From Chrysomallon squamiferum (lineage: Eukaryota; Animalia; Mollusca), in assembly GCA_012295275.1 (NCBI GenBank), contig CM022673.1, forward strand, positions 21,328,001 through 21,392,000: 64,000 bases of DNA. Direction: 5' to 3'. This document shows positions 55,420 through 64,000 of the stretch, in pieces (position 1 is the stretch's first letter; each line of letters starts with the position of its first letter). The notes beneath the pieces are model-generated. The model ran no database searches. It saw only the letters and a list, made by a program, of their open reading frames with translations, and was not told the DNA's origin. Position numbers and translations under genes: made by a program.

Positions 55420-58400
55420 AAAAAATAATAATAATAATTTTCAGAAATTGAAAAAAAAAAAAATTTAATGTCCGTCAACCGGCCGTATAAAAAACAAGTT
55501 AAAAATTGTTCACTTTTTTCGTTAAAACAAGCATTCAGCTTCTAAAGCATGTACTATTATGTATGCAAACAATGAGTTTCCTATTTTTATTTTAAAAAAA
55601 TCATTGGAACATTTAGTAAATGTTCCATTTAAATAATCTGTTAAACTTAATCGACCATTTTCGTTCGGTACGATTTTTTTCAAATGTTCAGTTGCTATTT
55701 TTTCACTGTTTCGTTTTATTTTCGGATTTTCAGTTACGTCGTTCCGAGAAATTCATCTAACAAAGTAAACTGATATTTATCTCATTCTCCATTCAAACAT
55801 ACAGTAAATTACTGCAAGATTTTGAGGTTGGGAATTCGCCATTGCTATTAAAACAAACAAACCAAAAATCAAAAAAGTAGCGAGCGCCCCTATCGACCGT
55901 TAGCATTGCTATATTCAGGTCATTCAATCATAAAAAAAAAAAAAAAAAAAAAAAAATAACTATAATAATAAATAAATAAATAAAAAATAAAAAATCATGC
56001 TTTTCATTTTACCTTACAAAACAATTTTATATTAAATTTAAGCAGTTTTCCAGTAAAATAAAATATACTAAACAATACTGTAACAAATAATTTTTATTCC
56101 AAATCTTTTATAATAGGAGAAATATATATTTTTTTGGGAGAATTATTTATTTACTAAATAACATCATTAATATTATCCATCTTTTGATATTCATTCATTA
56201 TCAGAACTATTCCTACATTTTATGATTATTATTTAACAAAAATAATGTGTAAACTGGAATTAATATGATTTCAGAATTTTGTGATCCTTCTAACAAATAT
56301 ATGTTAACAACATCACTAACTTTTTAAAATTTTAGTTGTATGAGATTATATAATGATGATTTCAGCATTATCACAAAGTCTGAATAAGTTTCGCATAGAA
56401 AAACACAGCATAACCTTTGATGTAAACAAGTCACAAATATGTTTGAGAATTTCAAATAGTAACATATGTAATTAAGTGAAAGTAGCTCCTGCTATCCACA
56501 CCTCCATACTACATTGTATAATTGCTTTGTGAACTCAATGAATATGTATTATGTATTTAAACTTATGTCCATTTAGAATTTATCAGTGTATGTGGGCAAT
56601 GTACATTATAAACCACATTAAAAATATTTAGTATATATATCACTTTAATATCTATAATATCCATATTAATATTTGCAGCACATGTACAGCAACATGCAAC
56701 CCAGGATATGAATTTGAAACCAAAGAGACAACTGTGGAACGTGGATGTGATAATTACAATGGGAAATATTTTGATGATACAACAATTCCAAAATGTCTTC
56801 GTAAGTACATAGTTGTATCTTCAGAAAAATATGTATTCATGACAGCTGGAATAACCAGTGGTTTAAAATTAATTATACTGTAAAAACTGTTACAAAAATA
56901 TTAAGTTTGCCAAAAAAAAAAACAACGAAAAAACAACATAACTGCTCCTTAAATACATATCAAACTCCATAGAGAAAAAAAATAAATAAAAAAAAGTAAT
57001 TATATACTGAAATGCTATTTTGTACAATATCAACTAAATTACCTTTCAGCTGTGTGTAATCCAAACTGTCTTAATGGAGGAACATGTATAGGGCCAAACC
57101 AGTGTCAGTGTACTAGTGAATTCACTGGCAAATTTTGTCTAACACGTAAGTCTTTAAAAAGAAGATGCCGAAATTAACATCTGCATATGTGATTTTATAT
57201 TTCTTAATTAACACTAAGCTTTAGATTCTAGCAGTTGCCGGTTATTAGTAGAATGCCCCCAAAAAACAAATCTCAAAATAAGTTTTCGCTTTTTTTAGTG
57301 AAATACAAGAAATTAATTCATTTTATTAGACCATTAATATATGGTCAAAGATAAGGTAATTACATATTATAGAATCATTCACTTATTTTATTTGGTTATT
57401 ATTATTTCTGTTGCTACACTTGAAAATTAATTTAAATTATTTTACTTTTTGTTTCGTAATGTTTTTTTTATTTTCATAATTATTTCTAAAAACATTTATT
57501 GTATATTGATTTGACAATTTAAATTATTTGTTTACAAAATTGATAATTACTTAGTACAATAAAATCAATAAGAGGTGTTCTGTTATTATTATTTCTAAAA
57601 ACACTTGACCTTAATAAATTTAATTTTTACAATAATTAGGTTTCATGCATGATAAAACAGGCCTGGTACTTCAATTCTGACATATTGTTTTATTTTTAAG
57701 ATGTTGACAAATGTGCATCACCACCAGCTCCACAAAATGGGAATATTCAATGTTCCACTGACATAGATGCAACTGCTACAACTTGTGTTGTTACCTGCAA
57801 GCCCAGTTTTAAGTTTGAGAAGCCTCCAGCTTCCGAGTACAAGTGTACAGCAGATGGAACATGGACACCACCTAAAGAATCCATTCCAAATTGCATTTTG
57901 GGTATTTGACATTAAAATAAAACATTTGCATAAAATTTTGTGTCATTTTTATTTTTAATGTTTTTATTGTTAATTTTGTAAAGAGATGAGTTTTGCTGAA
58001 ATACTTTTTGATACTTTTTGTTGACATTTCAAGCATTTAGGCATCCATTATGGCCAAAAAAAAAAAAAAAATGTTTGTGTGTGTGTGTGTGTGTGTGCGT
58101 GCATGCAAGGAATGATTAAAAAGGCATAAAGTTGTGATTATATTTACAAAATGTTTTAAAAACTGCTGACTAAACATACATCTTTTTTCTTTTGTTATTT
58201 CAGACACAACACCAAAACCACAAGGTAATCAAATAAATCCAGTATTTTAAATTGAAAGAAATGATTGTTACTTTTACATCAAATTCTGCAGTTCACAAAA
58301 TAAATCGGTAATATTTCTAAATCTAACACTATTTTTGGGTATTTGCATATTAGGTTATTTTAATGAAACAAATTAATTAATCCAAATGACAAATTATTTC

Positions 58401-61400
58401 TGGGGTTAAAGTTTAATTATTTGACATTATGCACATTTATCTACTGAACAATTAATATACTTTAATATATATAATTAACACAATGTTTCAGTTCATTTGG
58501 GTAAAGCATCTTGTGTGGCATGGGGTCAAGATCATTACCGGACATTTGATGGAAAAATCTACACATTTACTGGTCAATGTCGCTATTTGCTGACTAAAGA
58601 CTGTTCATTCAATACATTTGACATCCATGTTATCAACGACAGAAACTGTCAAAGCCAGTGCTACAGAGAACTTGACATTTATCAGGGAAGCACTAAAATC
58701 TCACTGCGTCATGCAGCCAGTGGACCGCTAATCACTTGGGACTCTGATGTTGTCAGTATTCCCAGTTCAAGAGACGGTGTTGTTTTTGAACAGATTGGTT
58801 CATACATCACTGTGTATAGCAGTTTGGGTTACAAGATCAAGTGGGATGGTAGGGAATCTGTGTTTGTGCAGGTGTCAGCAGATCTGAAAGGAAAAACATG
58901 TGGTCTCTGTGGAGTTTATGATGGGAATCCAAGCAATGATTTCACAGCAGATGGAGGAGCCATTGTCCAATCAGCTGCCAGTTTTGGAACAAGTTGGAAG
59001 AAAACAATGTTGAATGAAGGTTTAAAATACTATACTTCGTTTATTAAACAATGGAATTAATTGAAGGATGTTATTTTTGAGATATCTGATCATCTCTATT
59101 CATATTTATTAAACATATATAGATTCATATTTCCTTTGATCAGTAAATAAAAATAATAATCATGGTCTTTTCAAATCTGATTTGAAAAAAGTAATGAAAA
59201 TTATCTCCTATTAAATGTTTTTATAATGGTAATAAAGCATTTTAAATAATGTTTACAAATCTGTATGTTTATGTTGCAGCTGCATGTCCTGATGTACCAC
59301 AAAAGACAGCATGTCAAACAGACACCCCAGAACATATCCACATAAACAACTTGGCTACAACCAACTGTGAACAGCTTTTGAATGACAATTCATTCAGTGC
59401 CTGCAGAGCTGTAAGTTGTTGGTTAACTGGATAAATTTTAATTAATATCTAAATTCTGGATACTTATTATGTTTTCTAAATGGATTAAGTCAGTTTTAGT
59501 AATGATTTGTAAGAAAATGATAATGATTTAATTTGAATGTTCTTAAAAGCCTTAAATACTTTTCTTCTTAAATTATTCATATTTTAAACTGATTTTGTTA
59601 TTTAAGGAATGCATAAAGAAAAGCAATAATATCAGATTCTTGCATTTTGCATAACTGAATCTTTGTTAGTACCTATTTCACAATATAAATATTTTATTTA
59701 AATATATCATAAAAGTATCAGGAAGACTTTACTTTCTTCGTTCACTACAGGTCATTGATCCAGCTCCCTACGTGTCTTCATGCAAAGCTGACTGCTGTGC
59801 AAATGGTGGAGCTACAAATTGCTCTTGTAACACATTTGAAGCTTATTCCAGGGCCTGTTTACAAAAAAATTTGAAAATGTCATGGAGAACAACTACCAGA
59901 TGCCGTAAGTACATTTGCATCAGATTGGTAATCAGTTAAAAAAAAATAATTTCAAATTAAATACATCTTATTAAAACTATATTATTTAACTCTGTCAGCA
60001 ATATTTTTTACACCTGAGTAAACTGAAAGGAAACTGAACTTCTTAATTTTTATTTTCAATTTCAGCTATGCCATGTCCTAGTAAAATGATATATAAAGAA
60101 TGTGGAAGTTCCTGTCAGAAGAAATGTACAGATTTATCACCCACATGCACTGACCACGCCTGTGTGGATGGATGTTTCTGTCAGGATGGAACTATCATGC
60201 ACAATGGCCAGTGCATTCCACCAGAAGACTGTCCATGTGAACATCCACTTAACAAAAGTCAGGAATTCCAAAAAGGAGAGACAATTCCTCAGGACTGCAA
60301 CACATGGTAATTGTTTTTTTCAAGTAAAAAAAAAAAAAATTTTTTTTTTTTAAATAGGACAGTGAAAAATGAATGTTATACTGATAAAACTTGTAAAAGA
60401 AGGGATGTCTTTTTTAATTTTTTTTATAGAAAATGTTGTATCTATATTATAATAACAATATAATGTCATTAAATATTATTTATGAAATTGTCATTGTCAT
60501 CCTAATAATTATATATAGGAATATAATGAAATGTGTTTTATTTTGAAGCACATGCAAGTCTGGTCACTGGGACTGCACAACAAAGAAGTGTGAGAAGACA
60601 TGCTCAGCTATTGGAGATCCTCATTATATGACATTTGATGGAAAGCGCTTCAATTTCATGGGGACCTGCTCATATTACATGATCAAGAATCCAGACTTTG
60701 ATATCATAGTGGACAACATCAAATGTGGACATGGGGTTGCTTCCTGTACCAAATCTGTTACAATTGACATCAAAGGTCATGTGATCAAACTAGATCACAA
60801 TCATCAGTTATTTGTTGATGGCAGACAGATCACACAGTTACCATATGAATTGAATGGAATTAAAATCAAAATGGTCTCATCTCTGTTCATGCAGGTATGT
60901 TCCTCCATATTTTTTATTTTGATTGTTTGATTAATTATCTATCTGCTTGTCCATCCATCCATTAATTCACTCATATCTATATTATGTTGTTAGTTTGCCA
61001 GTTAAATTGAATTATGAATTTTGTTCTTTACAGATGGATCTAGGCAATGGGATATCTATCCTATGGGATGGTCGGACAAGAGCATACATCAAGGCTCCTC
61101 CTTCATTTATGACACATATAATGGGTCTGTGTGGTTACTTTGATGGCAATCAGAACAATGACTTTAAGACCAAAGAAGGAGATATTGAGACAAACGTCAA
61201 TGCATTTGGAAACAAGTGGAAGACTGAACCCAGTTGCAAAGACATGCCAGTAACTCCTGTGCCCCATCCATGTGATGTTAATGCACAGAGAAAAGTGAAA
61301 TCCCAGGAGGCATGTGATCATCTGAAAAGTGATGTTTTCAAGGGTGAGATTTAAATAACTGGAATGATAAAATTATATTTTTAAAACATTACTATTCTCT

Positions 61401-64000
61401 GTTTGTATGTTAATTTATTTTCTTTATTTTATTTTATTTCAATAACATTACTTTATTTTTACTTTAACTCTGCTGTTCTGCATTATTTTGGGTTTTATTT
61501 ATTTATTATAGGTAAATTTATTGGTGGTGTCAACATTTAAAAAAATTAATAACAGTAAATTGCTGCAAGATAATCACCATAAAATTTACTTTTCTTGTTA
61601 TATGTTTTTAAATTATGTTATGTTAGTGTTTTCTCTTCTGTTATTTTGGATTATTGAAATATCAATTTCTCATTCAGCCTGTCATGCTGTGCTTGACCCT
61701 AATGAATTCTATGAGGACTGTCTCTATGATGTGTGTGCTTGCACTGACAACCTCAAGGACTGCATGTGTCCCAATTTGGGAACATATGCTGACAACTGTG
61801 CTGCCAAAGGAATCCGTATTAACTGGAGATTTCTGATTCCTGACTGTGGTATGTATTTAGAACACCAATTTTATCCTGGCAGGTTTCAAGCAATTATTTT
61901 TAAGTAATATATTTTCATTTTTATGGTATATATTTTCCAGCAATAGCATTATGTTTTCTGAAAATCTTGATGAAAATAAAATCAGAATATTTGAAAGCAT
62001 TGTTAATTCTTCTTATCAGTCTTTTGTTTGTTTTTCAAAAAATGTTCAATACTTTTTTATCTGCAAAATTATTATTATTTTATTTTCATATTTTATAAAT
62101 TCCAGATTTACTATTTTAAAAACCCATTGTTATGTGTATTTTTAACAATTGTGTGTTTTGTGAGGAAGAAATTAGAGGGTGATTAAATGAATGAAAGAAT
62201 GAATTTCCTTTATCACAGGTTTCCTGTAAAAACAAAATGAATCAATAAATATTGTTTCTCAAAAAATATATATGTAATAGAATATCCAGAATATATTTTA
62301 TGAAGAACAAAATCAAGTTGTAAAAAATATTACTTGGATTGTTATTAATGTGATTTTTATTTTACAGCCATACAGTGTCCAGGTGGTCAGGAATACCAAG
62401 TGTGTGGTAGTCCATGTGCACGGACCTGTCGAAACCTGGCTGAAAATGAGCACTGTGGTGAGAACAACAAATGTGTGGAGGGTTGCAACTGCCCACAAGG
62501 TCAGACACTTGATGCCAATGACCAGTGTGTAGATATAGCTCTGTGTCCATGTCTTTTTGACAATCGTGAATACGCTCCAGGCTTTGTCACTTCAAAGGAT
62601 GGAGATATATGGTAAATATTTATGTTAACACACTGGTCTGAAAACAAACAAGGCAAAAAAAACACTAACAATGTCTCTATTTCTGATTTCACATTTAGAT
62701 TTAACTGAAAATTTTGATCTTAAAATATGCTGTATTAAGAATACAGAAATAAGTTCTAAAAAAATAAGGAAACTTTTAAAATATTTTAAGATATTTTATA
62801 TACAAATCCATTTTGCATTAAATAGTAAAAGCACTGAACTCTTTGTCACAAAATTATATTCTTTATTTTAAGTGTATGTGCTGGAGCTAAATGGAATTGC
62901 CAGCCTATACCAACTTCAGGTCCTACAGGTACACCTGTACTTATCAACAACACTACCATCCAGTCAATTTGTCCTGATACCATGGAATACAGTACTTGTG
63001 TTACTTCCTGTCCTGTTACTTGTGATAACATGCATGATCCACCCACATGTAGTCAAACTAAGTGTACATCTGGATGTGTCTGCAAACCAGGTTATGTCAG
63101 GGAAGGAAATGATTGTGTCAATGCTACAATGTGTCCTTGCCATCACGGTGGCAAAGCTTTCTATGAAGGTGACAAAATAACCATGGACTGTAACCAATGG
63201 TAAGCAAAGACCACTCATTTTTTTATTTAAATAGTGAAAACCTAAATCTTGTAATTTTTTTTTTATATATAATTTTCAAATGTAATAACATTATTCTTTT
63301 AGCAATCTTCAAAATATTTTTCTATATTATTATTGATCTTGGAACATATTTAATGTTAATTTTCAGCACAAGTTTAATATTTATAAGTATATTTATTATT
63401 AATTTATGGTGGTTTTGCAGTGTGTGTAAGAGTCGTAAATGGGAATGTGAAGACAAAGATTGTCCAGCTATTTGCAGCACTGTTGGAGACTCACATTACA
63501 CAACATTTGATGGCAAACCGTTTCAGTTTCAGGTAAGAAAGTACAGAAATAAATATGAATTAGTCTTAAAGGCAATGGTAAAATAAATACTTTTAGTACA
63601 TATTTAACTGAATCTGTATCTTGGAGGAGTAATGGTGTGCTTTTTTATTTTTATTTTTCTTGTTTGCAACATTTTTATTAGAAACATATAATAAAGACTT
63701 GATTAGAATAATAAAATCGATCACACAATATTTTCTGTGTTGTTTTATCTAGGGCACATGTGTGTACACATTAGTAAAATCAACATCAACTAATCCAGCT
63801 AAGTTCCAGGTGACAGCAGAAAATATTCCTTGTGGCACATCTGGAGTAACATGCACCAAGTCTATTGAAATCACTGTTGGAGAGCCTGGAGAACCCAACT
63901 TCTACCGACTTGAATTAATCCGCGGAAAGCCTGTAATACCTGATCCTGGTTCACCATTCACTGTAAAAGATGTGGGAAGTTTTGTGTACATAAATACAAG
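49412..64000 (+). CDS. Hemolectin/hemocytin-like secreted VWD-C8-TIL protein (von Willebrand factor/SCO-spondin/mucin superfamily), 3'-partial
   Basis: Exons 49412-49479 (signal peptide MALSAWLKAACLGLVLSSLVDA), 51352-51380, 51666-51732 + 56679-56800 (Sushi/CCP-like), 57050-57145 (EGF CLNGGTC), 57701-57901 (Sushi), 58204-58224, 58492-59019 (VWD1, WGQDHYRTFDG..TCGLCG), 59280-59410 + 59751-59904 (C8), 60066-60306 (TIL), 60549-60894 + 61034-61343 (VWD2, GDPHY), 61678-61848 (C8), 62368-62611 and 62873-63199 (TIL), 63421-63532 + 63753->64000 (VWD3). All phases are compatible. Sushi/EGF modules before the D assemblies resemble insect hemolectin/hemocytin. Confidence 0.88.
52573..53762. mobile_element. 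Non-autonomous DNA transposon, 14-bp TIRs, apparent 5-bp TSD
   Basis: ATGAA|GTAGCATGGACCAA ... TTGGTCCATGCTAC|ATGAA; internal (TA)n; a second diverged copy lies at 54748-55607. Confidence 0.8.
54748..55607. mobile_element. Second, diverged copy of the GTAGCATGGACCAA-TIR element (right TIR eroded)
   Basis: Colinear similarity to 52573-53762 (gtaacggcacaaatt, attgccaa.tagaaaagttaata, tccgatcgaaat.caagatg, gagtagaaattg.tgca, aaacaatgagtttcc..aaaaaaatcattgg). Confidence 0.75.

Noticed and set aside
57718-63218. Alternative-frame and antisense ORFs overlapping the hemolectin-like exons
   Set aside because: Shadows of the Cys-rich coding exons with no independent splice or domain support.

Overview
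AT-rich, intron-dense animal (probably molluscan/lophotrochozoan) genomic DNA with four spliced protein-coding genes reconstructed exon by exon: the last two coding exons of an M-Ras GTPase (+, 193-609); a complete IGF2BP/IMP RNA-binding protein (-, 18898-8129; 2 RRM + 4 KH, ~582 aa); a complete USP40 deubiquitinase (-, 40529-23491; 32 coding exons, ~1225 aa); and the 5' part of a secreted hemolectin/hemocytin/VWF-like protein (+, 49412 to window end). The most notable non-coding signal is a family of three box C/D snoRNA-like RNAs, one per intron in the 3' part of USP40. The two best-preserved copies carry two separate antisense elements to U6 snRNA (a Cm60-type guide and an mgU6-53-like element), and their substitutions preserve base pairing only on the host strand. 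Also present: IGF2BP isoform signals (a hidden second 'PLR' exon that could yield a KH-only protein, and a 27-nt duplicated 3' splice site), two let-7 seed sites downstream of the IGF2BP stop codon, a ~2-kb pentamer-derived 71-bp satellite with a 360-bp higher-order repeat just upstream of the hemolectin-like promoter, a CTCF consensus site, and two types of non-autonomous DNA transposon. Homology statements come from recalled family knowledge, not database searches.
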